In this document: one piece after another, positions 1 to 8,892 of the stretch
How positions within the stretch are numbered: the first letter of the stretch is position 1
Layout of the letters: each line of letters begins with the position of its first letter
Virus record (IMG/VR): IMGVR_UViG_3300025251_000021
Location: 1-44,080 of that record
DNA length: 44,080 nucleotides
Direction: 5' to 3' (one strand)
DNA from: a virus
Lineage: Duplodnaviria > Caudoviricetes
Position numbers and translations under genes: made by a program
Notes under the pieces: model-generated
The model's database searches: none
Seen by the model: the letters and a program-made list of their open reading frames with translations, nothing else
What the model was told of the DNA's origin: nothing

Positions 1-11
1 GCCCTTATGCG

Positions 12-218
12 TTATTTGTTGTTTAACCTATTATTCTCTTGTCTATACCGTTTTCTAAACAAATAGGTAAGAATCTTCTCTTCTCGCCCCTGAATATCTT
101 GAATATCCTTATCTCCAAGGGCGAGTTTTTTTGTAACTATGACTTCTGTAGTTCCTTTGCTCCAACCTAACAAGTCTTGGAAAGACTTCATTATGTGGTT
201 CCACTTAGAAATTTTCAT
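12..218 (-). CDS. hypothetical protein
   Basis: 68-aa ORF, coupled (TAATG) to the upstream minus-strand ORF. Confidence 0.5.
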   Translation of the reverse strand: MKISKWNHIMKSFQDLLGWSKGTTEVIVTKKLALGDKDIQDIQGREEKILTYLFRKRYRQENNRLNNK

Positions 219-454
219 TAGTCACAGTTATCACAATGACTAGGTCCATACATAGCAACTGCATTTTCAAGAATGTCTTTATCGGAAATAGAATCTTCCT
301 CTTTTTTCTGATATTGTTCTTTATACTGATTTTTAATAGATGTTCTCAAATCAATACATATTTGATTTTCTCCTTCACATCTATGTTTTTCAATCATTTC
401 AATCAGTGCTTTTATATGATCTTTATCTAGTCTGAATTGATATTTCTTTAAAAT
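218..454 (-). CDS. small hypothetical protein ending HCDNCD; start ATT 454 or ATG 397
   Basis: Not in the ORF track. An open frame fills the gap between 12..218 and the SSB-like gene; GAGGA precedes the ATT. Confidence 0.5.
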   Translation of the reverse strand: MLKKYQFRLDKDHIKALIEMIEKHRCEGENQICIDLRTSIKNQYKEQYQKKEEDSISDKDILENAVAMYGPSHCDNCD

Positions 455-999
455 GGCAAGTCCTCTTCTTTAAGATTAACCTTATTAGATTTGAACACAT
501 TAATAGCGAGAGGGGTAATTCTTTCTTCCCCAGAGCTATCTGTCCACTTGTCGTGAACCACTTTGATGTTTACAGGGTTTCCACTAATATCTCCCTCTGT
601 AAGCATAGGAAGAGAATATCTTCCTTGTTCATCTTTTTCCATTTTGAAGCCACACGCTTCTGCAAAGACCATATAACCTTTATTGTTTCCTTGATTATCT
701 TCAAGTTTAGGATATTTGTCTTTGTTAGGCATCTTAAATCTGAAGTATCCTTTAGATTTAACTTCTGTACCAATCAGTTCAGGATGTTGTTTATCATTTA
801 AAGTATAGTGTGCTTCAAAGATATCAGAAAGATATTTATTTTTTACAATAATATCTCTCTTTATTGACAGTCTTGATACGGTGGCTTCATAAGTGCCAGC
901 CGGTATAACTATCTTCTTTTTTCCTGAAGTGTCTGAGTTTGGGTCATAGTAAGCTTGATTGTCATCAAGGTTATCTATCATTTGTCCAATGTCACTCAT
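448..999 (-). CDS. phage single-stranded DNA-binding protein-like (DUF669-like)
   Basis: IPAGTYEATV N-terminal motif, acidic C-terminal tail EEDLPF, adjacent to annealase. Confidence 0.65.
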   Translation of the reverse strand: MSDIGQMIDNLDDNQAYYDPNSDTSGKKKIVIPAGTYEATVSRLSIKRDIIVKNKYLSDIFEAHYTLNDKQHPELIGTEVKSKGYFRFKMPNKDKYPKLEDNQGNNKGYMVFAEACGFKMEKDEQGRYSLPMLTEGDISGNPVNIKVVHDKWTDSSGEERITPLAINVFKSNKVNLKEEDLPF

Positions 1000-1627
1000 T
1001 TTTATTCTCCTTAGTAACTTTTAATTTAGACAATACTTTATTGTAATTGTCTTTGTTTATTGTTCCATATTCAAGTGCAGCTTTAACTTTGTCTGCATCC
1101 TCTGTATTCATTTGAGACATAACAGATATAACTTTTTCGAATTGTTTGTCTGTAAGTGATCTATCTATATATTGTTTTCTATATACATCATCTGCTACAT
1201 TACACAATCTGTTAACTGCTACCTTGAAAGCGTCTGAGTTTGCTGCCTTTAGGTCATTACCTAAATCAACATATCCACTTCCGCTTCTTGACACGGCTAT
1301 TCTATGAGCCGCGACAGAGTCAAAACTACGAGGAACACCTTCGTCCATAATTCTAAGACGTCCGTGAACCACGATTGCTTTATCTCCTAATGTTTCATAT
1401 TTAATTATCTCCCAAGACCAAATTGGATAATGTTTATTTAGACACCAGCGCATATAGCCTTCGTCTACATAATCAAATCCACTTCTACTTTTTACTTGGT
1501 CTATTGGAGTTCTCAATTCTGAAACATATTGATGTTTATCATAGATATTATGGTCAAGTTCTGTTGACATTTGCATATCTACAATAGTTTTTTCTGTAGG
1601 CATAAAGCCTTTTTTCTTTTTACTCAT
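992..1627 (-). CDS. Rad52/22-family (Sak-like) single-strand annealing protein
   Basis: Motifs KSRSGFDYV, LN..Y..WSWEI, GNDLKAANSDAFKVA..RL. Confidence 0.8.
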   Translation of the reverse strand: MSKKKKGFMPTEKTIVDMQMSTELDHNIYDKHQYVSELRTPIDQVKSRSGFDYVDEGYMRWCLNKHYPIWSWEIIKYETLGDKAIVVHGRLRIMDEGVPRSFDSVAAHRIAVSRSGSGYVDLGNDLKAANSDAFKVAVNRLCNVADDVYRKQYIDRSLTDKQFEKVISVMSQMNTEDADKVKAALEYGTINKDNYNKVLSKLKVTKENKNE

Positions 1628-2501
1628 TTATACTCCCATTAATATATGGACACAAATGCCTAACCTCACAATAAGATTCACACTTACGTCCGTTCCAAGT
1701 CTGTTCTCCTGTGCATTTTTGAGGTAGTCTTCCGGTATCTAGTGCCTTAACTAACTCATCTCTTGCACTTAAAAATTTATTTTCTAATTCTTTATTATCA
1801 TATTTAGGAACAGGTATTAAATATATGTTTTTATCTAATCCTCTATCTCTTGCTACTATTAACCCTCCGTCTCTGAGGGTAATTTGTATATACATTTTAT
1901 CTACTTCGTATCCTTTTCTTTCTAATAGATACCTATACCAATTAATTTGCCAACCCCAATCTCCAAAGTCTGCCAATCCTTCATCTCTATACCACTGTTT
2001 AACCATCTTTGGAGAACCTTTCTTTCCCCATCTACCTGATATTTTATATTTTGTACCCGAAGGATCAGGAATTTTATGGTAATTCATCCCTAGTAGTTGA
2101 GAGCACTTGTAAGAACCTGTATTCTTGTAGTCAACCAAAAATTTGTTCTCTTTATCATAAAGGTCTGCTATCCCTGTTATGTCAAAGTCTTCAAGGCTCT
2201 CTTCTAATAGGTGTCGTTCATCTTGGTGTTGTTCCAATCTTGCGTGGTGCATAGTTCCTGCAAGGGAAAATGCTCTATCTTGTGGATTAATATAATAATC
2301 TTTTCTTCTCTTTAAAAAAGCTTCACAAGTTCCCACCAATAATTCTGTTGTTGAGGGTTTTCTTTCAGGGTCTCTCTCTTTTGACATTTCTATTAAAGTA
2401 GGTAAAGACATACCCATTTTCTCTATGTCTACCTTTCCTTTCTTTACGTCATCAAAAGAGACTCTACTACCATCTGGGTAAATGAAACCAACTGCTGGCA
2501 C
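1620..2501 (-). CDS. PD-(D/E)XK Cas4-like exonuclease
   Basis: GTMHH..LE, ITGIADL, VDYK, Q..WY..LL and C-terminal C..YC....LC cluster; probable GTG start at 2501 after AAGGAG. Confidence 0.8.
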   Translation of the reverse strand: MPAVGFIYPDGSRVSFDDVKKGKVDIEKMGMSLPTLIEMSKERDPERKPSTTELLVGTCEAFLKRRKDYYINPQDRAFSLAGTMHHARLEQHQDERHLLEESLEDFDITGIADLYDKENKFLVDYKNTGSYKCSQLLGMNYHKIPDPSGTKYKISGRWGKKGSPKMVKQWYRDEGLADFGDWGWQINWYRYLLERKGYEVDKMYIQITLRDGGLIVARDRGLDKNIYLIPVPKYDNKELENKFLSARDELVKALDTGRLPQKCTGEQTWNGRKCESYCEVRHLCPYINGSINE

Positions 2502-2640
2502 TTTTTTTCTCCTTAACATACTTATCTATTATGGTATGTAGGGCATCTTTCATAGATACTCCCTCTTCTACAGTTTTTGATTTAAACTTTATCCAAAGTT
2601 TTTTATCAATTATAAATGATGTTTGAAATCTGTCTTTCAT
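2467..2640 (-). CDS. ribbon-helix-helix DNA-binding protein (57 aa)
   Basis: MKDRFQTSFIIDKKLWIKFKSKTVEEGVSMKDALHTIIDKYV has the RHH hydrophobic pattern; below the ORF-track cutoff. Confidence 0.7.
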   Translation of the reverse strand: MKDRFQTSFIIDKKLWIKFKSKTVEEGVSMKDALHTIIDKYVKEKKSASSWFHLPRW

Positions 2641-2645
2641 ACCAA

Positions 2646-2675
2646 AATATAGTGATTTTTTAGGTTCATTGTCAA
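2646..2675 (-). promoter_or_regulatory. sigma70-type promoter, probably leaderless for the RHH gene
   Basis: TTGACA-18-TATATT ending 5 nt before ATG 2640. Confidence 0.6.
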
Positions 2676-2691
2676 TAAAAACTTTAAAACT

Positions 2692-3066
2692 TTATATATC
2701 ATTTCGTAGTAAATTTTTGTTTAAAACATTTTGAAGTTCTTCCCAAACAGAATCTACATCGACATCTTCATTAACCATATCTTCCCAAGACATCTCAAAT
2801 TCCTTATCGGTAGTTCCAAGATTGTCCCTCATCATTTGTTTTACATCTTCTTTTTTCATAGTAAACGATTCACTCACTTCGCTCTCCTTCCATATTCCTC
2901 TAATCTCTGATTCTATTAGATCAGATGGAGTATGTCTGTTTATTTCTTGTATCCACTTTTCTTTTCTATAGCAGTCTTTACATATTGCTGCATTATCATT
3001 GTCCACAAAGTAAGAATTGTTAAAATCTATACTTTGTCCACAAGAACATTTTAAGTTTTCTTTCAT
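2692..3066 (-). CDS. hypothetical protein with N-terminal Cys (Zn-ribbon-like) motif
   Basis: CSCG...CKDC; GGAGG RBS. Confidence 0.65.
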   Translation of the reverse strand: MKENLKCSCGQSIDFNNSYFVDNDNAAICKDCYRKEKWIQEINRHTPSDLIESEIRGIWKESEVSESFTMKKEDVKQMMRDNLGTTDKEFEMSWEDMVNEDVDVDSVWEELQNVLNKNLLRNDI

Positions 3067-3230
3067 TTTTCCTCCATTAATAACTCACTTTTTAAGTCCC
3101 ATTTTCTTTGTAGTCGCTTTGCCCACTCGTCCATTTCTTCAAGCGACATAGTTTGGCTTAAATAGAAATGTAGAAAGTTTGCTAAGTCCGTCTTAACATT
3201 AATCATTTCGTGATTTTTAGCTTGTTTCAT
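3063..3230 (-). CDS. small hypothetical protein (55 aa, MKQAKNHEMINVK...)
   Basis: GAGG RBS; fills the gap and overlaps both neighbours. Confidence 0.55.
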   Translation of the reverse strand: MKQAKNHEMINVKTDLANFLHFYLSQTMSLEEMDEWAKRLQRKWDLKSELLMEEK

Positions 3231-3480
3231 TTTTTACCTCATCAAATAAGATTAAACCTGCGTCTTTAACTACAAATTCATCTGCACTTTCATAACAAGT
3301 ACACTCTTTATTTTTGTGTTCTTTTTCTCCAAATGACATTCCACAAGCCAATTCTTCTGCTCGTTCTTCATTATGTTGTTCTAACCATTTATCAAAATTA
3401 TCTGTTGTAGTTTCATAAGTCATACTATTGTCATAGTCGTAATAAACATTGTATAGTTTTATATCCTTTGCTTGTTTCAT
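3217..3480 (-). CDS. hypothetical protein
   Basis: ORF with GGAGG RBS, ATGA coupling. Confidence 0.65.
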   Translation of the reverse strand: MKQAKDIKLYNVYYDYDNSMTYETTTDNFDKWLEQHNEERAEELACGMSFGEKEHKNKECTCYESADEFVVKDAGLILFDEVKNETS

Positions 3481-3869
3481 TTTTCCTCCAATGCTATTTT
3501 CTGAATTTCTTTCTCTGCGAGAATATCTCCATAAGCCTCTTTATATTCTTTGCTAAACTCAGAGTGGTCTCTGTTTTGTTCTTCCAAATGTATCAGAAAC
3601 ATATCTATTATGTGTCTAGTAAGAAGATCACGTAACATATTTATTTCTTTATCGAAGAATCCTATAGCATCAGACATTACTAGTCTTACCTGTTCTGGCA
3701 CATCTTCTTCTCTAACACTCATAAGTTGAGCAATTGTCTCCTCTGTTATGTGACTATCTTCTAAATCATTTAGAAGACTATAAATATCCATAAACAGAAC
3801 AGGGATAATTTTTCTATCTACAAAGTGTTCTTTTACTTGTTTTTCATTAACTATATTATTTTTATTCAT
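3477..3869 (-). CDS. hypothetical acidic helical protein
   Basis: ORF with GGGAG RBS. Confidence 0.65.
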   Translation of the reverse strand: MNKNNIVNEKQVKEHFVDRKIIPVLFMDIYSLLNDLEDSHITEETIAQLMSVREEDVPEQVRLVMSDAIGFFDKEINMLRDLLTRHIIDMFLIHLEEQNRDHSEFSKEYKEAYGDILAEKEIQKIALEEK

Positions 3870-3905
3870 ATTATAACACTCCCTTAGTGTATTTGTTTAT
3901 AAAAT

Positions 3906-4033
3906 TTTTTGACAGGTAAACGCCAACCGTCTATGTTTAAATAACTCTTATCAATTTAACTACAATAACATAAATATAGAGTAAAAGGTGTCCTTCTACA
4001 CCGTTAAATTAAATTATTTAACCCTGTCAAAAA
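3906..4033 (-). ncRNA. candidate structured RNA or leader (nested stems)
   Basis: TTTTTGACAGG/CCTGTCAAAAA, TTAAATAATT/AGTTATTTAA, TAATTTAAC/GTTAAATTG, GGTGT/ACACC; G-U pairs favour the minus strand. Confidence 0.5.
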
Positions 4034-4063
4034 TCTTTTTTGGCAAAACTCTTCGCCAAAAAG

Positions 4064-4092
4064 AATTTACTAATTTTCTTTGGTTATGTCAA
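4064..4092 (-). promoter_or_regulatory. sigma70-type promoter
   Basis: TTGACA-17-TAAATT with an A-rich upstream tract. Confidence 0.6.
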
Positions 4093-4123
4093 CCTTTTTT
4101 TACATTTTTTTTATTTTTTTTCC

Positions 4124-4149
4124 TCTCTATCCGGCATCTCTATCCGGCA
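4124..4149 (+). repeat. 13-bp tandem direct repeat TCTCTATCCGGCA x2
   Basis: Copies at 4124-4136 and 4137-4149. Confidence 0.85.
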
Positions 4150-4184
4150 ATTACACCCCATTTCTTGATCAAAAAATTTTTAGA

Positions 4185-4232
4185 GAAAAGTGTGAGCACA
4201 GAGATAAATTGCTTTATCTCTACACTCGCACT
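4185..4232 (-). terminator. long hairpin (GCAA tetraloop) with short U-tract after the amidoligase gene
   Basis: AGTGCGAGTGTAGAGATAAA-GCAA-TTTATCTCTGTGCTCACACT-TTTC, with three G-U pairs on the minus strand. Confidence 0.6.
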
Positions 4233-4243
4233 ATTCTATTTAG

Positions 4244-6517
4244 TTATTCTTCGTTTTCAAGCTCGTATCTATTAGCTTCAGTGTTCCATAACATATCGTC
4301 TTCATTAAGATATCTATGATATTCACTCTGATTTGTATTAAAGGTAGTATCTAAAGATGTTCTAGAGAGCCCATCAACTACACTATCAATTGTAGCTTCT
4401 TCAAATACAACTTGACTAGGTTTAACAGATATCTCTTCTTCAACTTCATCTGAATTCACCCTATACTTAAAGGCTTTATTCAGATGACACTTTTTACTAA
4501 ATTCAGACATCTTATAGGTTTTTCCTATAATATCCTTACTTAATAAATTCCCTTTTACTAATAAGTTTGAAAGCAAGGAATTTTCTATATGTTTGTCAGA
4601 TATCTGTATCTTCATTGGATAGAAATTAACACTACTTTGACCAAGAGGACTACTCATAGCATCTCTACTACTTATAGTGTCTATTTCAAAGTCCTTATTT
4701 CTAAACTTAAGAGCATCTCTATCCCAATAGACAACCCCAGTATTGTTGAAAAAACAATTTGTATAGTGTTGTGTAGGTGTTTGAGAATTTCTTAGTCTGA
4801 AATCTAACATACCTGTATAGAACATTCTTGTTCTCATTGGAACTTCCATAACATCAAACAGATTATGGATATCTATACAAGGATTATAATATGACTTGTA
4901 GTTTGTTCTAAGAGTATTAAATACTTCTTCATTTTCTACAAGTTTCTTCATATCCTCATTTAAAATATCTGTATGTTCAATATTCAATGGAATATCTAAC
5001 AACTCAGACACAGTCCACTTAATGCAATCATCTCCTCTCAAAGAGTAGAGAGTATCTCCCATCTCTTTGCACTTGTCAAAGATACAACCCCAAAGGATTG
5101 CCCAGTGTTTTATCTTGTTTGCATTAAGAGTTCCTTGATGATATCTCAACTCTATACTCCCAGTCTTATTACTACAGAACGAAGGGTGCATATTTAGAGA
5201 GTGATATCTCTTGCCTGAACAGTGTCTATCTCTATCATAACGATGTGTATCATACCAAAACTCAAGAAATGTTTCTTTATCTGTTATGTTTGTGAATGAT
5301 TCCAAAGTTTGAGACATAGGCCTACTGTAGGTTCCTTTAATTCTCGAAGGTGCTAACCAAGAGTATAGATGAGGTTCAAACATCTTAGTGAATAGAGATA
5401 ATACTGCTCTATGATACCAATCAAAGTCTCTACTATCTATATGTAGATGAAGCCCTGTTCTGCTTGTCACAAAACTATCAAAGTATTGTTTCAGAGCATC
5501 TGTCACAATACGAGAATCATCTAGTAGATATGAGCCTTGTCTAGGATCTAGAACTATCTCTCCACTTGTTATCTCATCATCATCTATACCATTTATGCTA
5601 CCATCAGAGACAATTTTGAACCCTAAATCACTAGCAGTTAGAGAACCATTTCTGTCTACAAACTCTTGTAGATGCATAGGTAAGTTTTCTTCACACACTC
5701 TCTTTTGAAGAGAGCGACAAAGAGCACTTTCTATTTCTCCATAGCTACTAGCATAGTTATGCACTTCTATCTCTAACCCCATAAATCGTCTTGAAGTATT
5801 TTCTTCAAAATTAGGTTTCTCTTTAAATTTCTTAAAAGAAACCCTCCCTTGAGGTTCAGACATATAAGACTGATATTGAGATTCTTGATTAAGTGCATAA
5901 TTAAGAACTTCTACACTATCAATTACTTCCCAATTATCACAAGCCTCTTCTGATGAGTGACGATAACAGTTATGACAATGATAGACTTCATTATAGTCTT
6001 CCCAGATAGCATCTTCTTGTAACATTTCTATTCCACAATGATCACAGTGAGCATACTGTTCATAGTAGCAATCTCCACAAAATGAGTCGCCATCGGCATT
6101 AGTAGCCACATTATCTATATGAGTAGTGCACTCACAACCTTCACAGCTAGTATAGTTTTCTTCAAAACATTTACTACAGACTGCTCTTGCTCGACTATTA
6201 ACATCATAGTCTAATTCAGGGTAGTCTTTTAACTGCATATGACAATCATCGCAGATTTCAAGGTTGTCTATGTCTTCTATCAACTCTATAAGTTCTCCGA
6301 GTGTAGCCTGAGATATAGCCCAAAATCTAAAAGTAGATTCTATTGCTACATCGTAGTTGGCATAATAACTAGCTAAGCCACTATCAAGGAAGTCTTCTTG
6401 AGGTATCTCTGAGAGATTCTCATACTTCTCTTTTTTCTGAAAGAAATCAGTAACTAAGTAATTATATCTATGCTTTACATTGCTCTGTAAAGAACTTATA
6501 TCTATTGTTGGATTCAT
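4244..6517 (-). CDS. putative amidoligase (COOH-NH2 ligase, Amidoligase_2-like) with N-terminal CxxC repeats
   Basis: GLEIEV, SDGSI, GEIV, TGLHLHI, RYHSLN, IELRYHQGTLN motifs; six CxxC pairs in the N-terminal part. Confidence 0.85.
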   Translation of the reverse strand: MNPTIDISSLQSNVKHRYNYLVTDFFQKKEKYENLSEIPQEDFLDSGLASYYANYDVAIESTFRFWAISQATLGELIELIEDIDNLEICDDCHMQLKDYPELDYDVNSRARAVCSKCFEENYTSCEGCECTTHIDNVATNADGDSFCGDCYYEQYAHCDHCGIEMLQEDAIWEDYNEVYHCHNCYRHSSEEACDNWEVIDSVEVLNYALNQESQYQSYMSEPQGRVSFKKFKEKPNFEENTSRRFMGLEIEVHNYASSYGEIESALCRSLQKRVCEENLPMHLQEFVDRNGSLTASDLGFKIVSDGSINGIDDDEITSGEIVLDPRQGSYLLDDSRIVTDALKQYFDSFVTSRTGLHLHIDSRDFDWYHRAVLSLFTKMFEPHLYSWLAPSRIKGTYSRPMSQTLESFTNITDKETFLEFWYDTHRYDRDRHCSGKRYHSLNMHPSFCSNKTGSIELRYHQGTLNANKIKHWAILWGCIFDKCKEMGDTLYSLRGDDCIKWTVSELLDIPLNIEHTDILNEDMKKLVENEEVFNTLRTNYKSYYNPCIDIHNLFDVMEVPMRTRMFYTGMLDFRLRNSQTPTQHYTNCFFNNTGVVYWDRDALKFRNKDFEIDTISSRDAMSSPLGQSSVNFYPMKIQISDKHIENSLLSNLLVKGNLLSKDIIGKTYKMSEFSKKCHLNKAFKYRVNSDEVEEEISVKPSQVVFEEATIDSVVDGLSRTSLDTTFNTNQSEYHRYLNEDDMLWNTEANRYELENEE

Positions 6518-7698
6518 AGTAGTCCTCCTTCGATTTTGTCTTCTAGTTCTACTTCTTTTTCTAGATTAAGTGCTTGTTTATAACAATCACAATCTTCAAA
6601 ATCCATATCAACACCACAATATCTACAATAGACTGGAGAATTGATTTTTAACTTTATAAATTCCTCTTCTGAGAGAACTTTCTTATCTACATTTATGTAG
6701 AACCAGTCCTCCTGTAGAGTGTCATAAAACCAATTTTTGTCATCGTAGTCCTGATAGTATCTTTCTTGTAATAGGTGACTATCTATAATACTTCTTTCTC
6801 CATAATCATCATCTGAAACATTATTAGTCTCCCAAATACTACCTTGTTGTGAATATTGAGTCGTAGAACCGTTACCATACTTAGATGCAAGAACTTTACT
6901 GTTATAGTTTTTTGTGTAACCACTATAATAGTTAACTCCACAACCGAAGTTATAGTATGTTTGACTCTCGAAGTTAAAATCAGACTTATCGACATTCGTC
7001 TTGATTTCATCGAATTTTAGAATATTAAAGGCATAGAGCCTATTACTTTCTAATTCGATAGTTATAGAGTTAAATACACCTGCTTGAAGCAGTGCTTTCT
7101 CTATATATTCATCTTTAGAAGCATAGAATAGAATTCTTGCTTCTTTCCAATAAGCAACACTGAGAGGCCTATTAGACTCCCTACATAAGTAGAGAGTATT
7201 ATAGGTATCTTTGACAAAACTTAAAGCAAAGTCTCCTTTTAGATAGTCTACTGCTTCTTGTATATTTTCTGTTGAGTCAATAGCCTTAAATATTAACTGG
7301 CTATCTACTTCACAAACTTTATCAAGTTTAGTTTTTAGACTATGCATATTAGTTAGGCACCCATTATGAGCACCTATTGTTCTACCAACTTTAAATGGGT
7401 GAGCATTCTTAGTAGAAATATCTCCCTGAGTAGCAAATCTTGTATGTCCAAGATATATATGCCTGTCAGGTAAACATTTCATAGAGTTTGCCCACTCTCT
7501 AGAAGTGACGAACTTAGAAGACTCTAGGAGGGATTTATGTATTTGGCTTTCAACTTCTCCAATTACTGCAAGTCCAGAGCTATCTTGTCCTCTATCCTCG
7601 CTATAAATAGCAAGTTCTCTGAGAACTCTCTGTGCTTTCTTAAGCTGTCTCTTGCTCTGTTGGTTAGGTTGTTTAGCCATACCATATATTCCACACAT
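6514..7698 (-). CDS. class II (Ntn) glutamine amidotransferase
   Basis: MCGIYG, RGQDSSG, GHTRFATQG, NAHPF, HNG, VDS motifs; AAGGAG RBS. Confidence 0.9.
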   Translation of the reverse strand: MCGIYGMAKQPNQQSKRQLKKAQRVLRELAIYSEDRGQDSSGLAVIGEVESQIHKSLLESSKFVTSREWANSMKCLPDRHIYLGHTRFATQGDISTKNAHPFKVGRTIGAHNGCLTNMHSLKTKLDKVCEVDSQLIFKAIDSTENIQEAVDYLKGDFALSFVKDTYNTLYLCRESNRPLSVAYWKEARILFYASKDEYIEKALLQAGVFNSITIELESNRLYAFNILKFDEIKTNVDKSDFNFESQTYYNFGCGVNYYSGYTKNYNSKVLASKYGNGSTTQYSQQGSIWETNNVSDDDYGERSIIDSHLLQERYYQDYDDKNWFYDTLQEDWFYINVDKKVLSEEEFIKLKINSPVYCRYCGVDMDFEDCDCYKQALNLEKEVELEDKIEGGLL

Positions 7699-7735
7699 AA
7701 GTTTTTCTCCTTATAGTTCTTGTTACATTATTGTT

Positions 7736-7813
7736 AGGTATATTACCTAAGACACCCTATCTAATAGACAGGGTGTTTCTGTCTGCTATACCTTGCAGAC
7801 TTCATCAGTTAGT
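7736..7813 (-). ncRNA. type I hammerhead ribozyme with loop II pseudoknot
   Basis: CTAA-CTGATGA-A-GTCTGC-AAGGTATA-GCAGAC-A-GAAAC-ACCCTGTC-TATTA-GATAGGGT-GTC^TTAG; loop II AGGTATA is complementary to downstream TATACCT. Confidence 0.85.
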
Positions 7814-8057
7814 TATCAGTTTGTCCTAAATAAGTTAGAACATCAACAACTGTTTTAGAGAAAGTGTCATAGTCTAACTGGATATTGAATAAAGTAAAAC
7901 CTACTTGTGCTTTTAGTTTCTTCTTTATTTTCATAGGAACTCCAACTTCTCTATACATCATATATATAGAACTTTTGAGTTCTTTATAATCCTTATTAAC
8001 TCTCTTGAACAACTTCTCTATTCTTCTTCTTTCAAGTATTACTTCTCTTTCGTTCAT
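7809..8057 (-). CDS. hypothetical protein
   Basis: AGGAG RBS; its stop codon forms hammerhead stem I. Confidence 0.65.
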   Translation of the reverse strand: MNEREVILERRRIEKLFKRVNKDYKELKSSIYMMYREVGVPMKIKKKLKAQVGFTLFNIQLDYDTFSKTVVDVLTYLGQTDN

Positions 8058-8066
8058 AATACTCTC

Positions 8067-8342
8067 CTAACAAGATGAACAACCACAACGATCTTTGTAC
8101 ATAGAAGCATATTTGTCATAATTTTTTATAACATCTAACCACTCCTTCTTGTTCAAAGTTGTCTGCATACGAGCTTCAGGAGACATCATATTATATTCTC
8201 CTTCTTCTTGCACTTCTACAAACTCGTTGAATTGTTCTTGTGTTACAGTCGCATTAGTAATTCTAATAGTATCTACTAACATCTTAACTCCTTTAGGGAG
8301 TAAATATTCTCCCTTGTATTTGAAACCATAAGTCAGCTCCAT
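8067..8342 (-). CDS. hypothetical protein
   Basis: ORF in the early cluster, ends CGCSSC. Confidence 0.55.
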   Translation of the reverse strand: MELTYGFKYKGEYLLPKGVKMLVDTIRITNATVTQEQFNEFVEVQEEGEYNMMSPEARMQTTLNKKEWLDVIKNYDKYASMYKDRCGCSSC

Positions 8343-8766
8343 CTACTATGTCTAAGTTCGACTTTAAACTATTGCTAAAGATATAGTAATTCTTAGCAAT
8401 CAGTGTCGGCCTATACATATTAGACTTAACTCTTGGTATAAATAAGAACGGTTCATCTCTCTTATCATAATGTAAGAGAACACTTCCTATTTTTCTATTA
8501 TCCCTATGTATGTGATACACTGGAATAGAGTGAATACCTTTGTAGATTTTTCTGACTTCTACAGTCTCTTGTTTACTTGTAAGAACCGTTTCGTTCTTGT
8601 TCCATTTCGTCACAAGTTCTTTGTAGCTCTTGTTTTTAAACAGAAACCATATTTGTCTTGGAAATTTTACTGTATAGTAATTATCTCCATTCTTATCTAC
8701 TCTTTCTACAAGAGTAGTAAGAGAACAAATACCATCTCTGTAATTATTGCTTTTTCTTACTTTCAT
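8293..8766 (-). CDS. hypothetical basic protein
   Basis: GGAGG RBS. Confidence 0.65.
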   Translation of the reverse strand: MKVRKSNNYRDGICSLTTLVERVDKNGDNYYTVKFPRQIWFLFKNKSYKELVTKWNKNETVLTSKQETVEVRKIYKGIHSIPVYHIHRDNRKIGSVLLHYDKRDEPFLFIPRVKSNMYRPTLIAKNYYIFSNSLKSNLDIVDGADLWFQIQGRIFTP

Positions 8767-8892
8767 TTTATCTAACCCTCCCGAGTTATCTATGTTAATT
8801 CAATTATAGCTCACTATCCTGCTATTAGGAATTCGTGGCTACAAATCAAAACTAATTCTATTATTAGTAATATATCTAATAGTTATTATCTA

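Noticed and set aside
1620-2501. Cas4 as part of a CRISPR system
   Set aside because: It sits with Sak and SSB-like genes, the usual context of a stand-alone phage recombination nuclease
6514-7813. True glmS gene with glmS ribozyme
   Set aside because: No SIS isomerase domains, and the RNA has a hammerhead core rather than the glmS consensus
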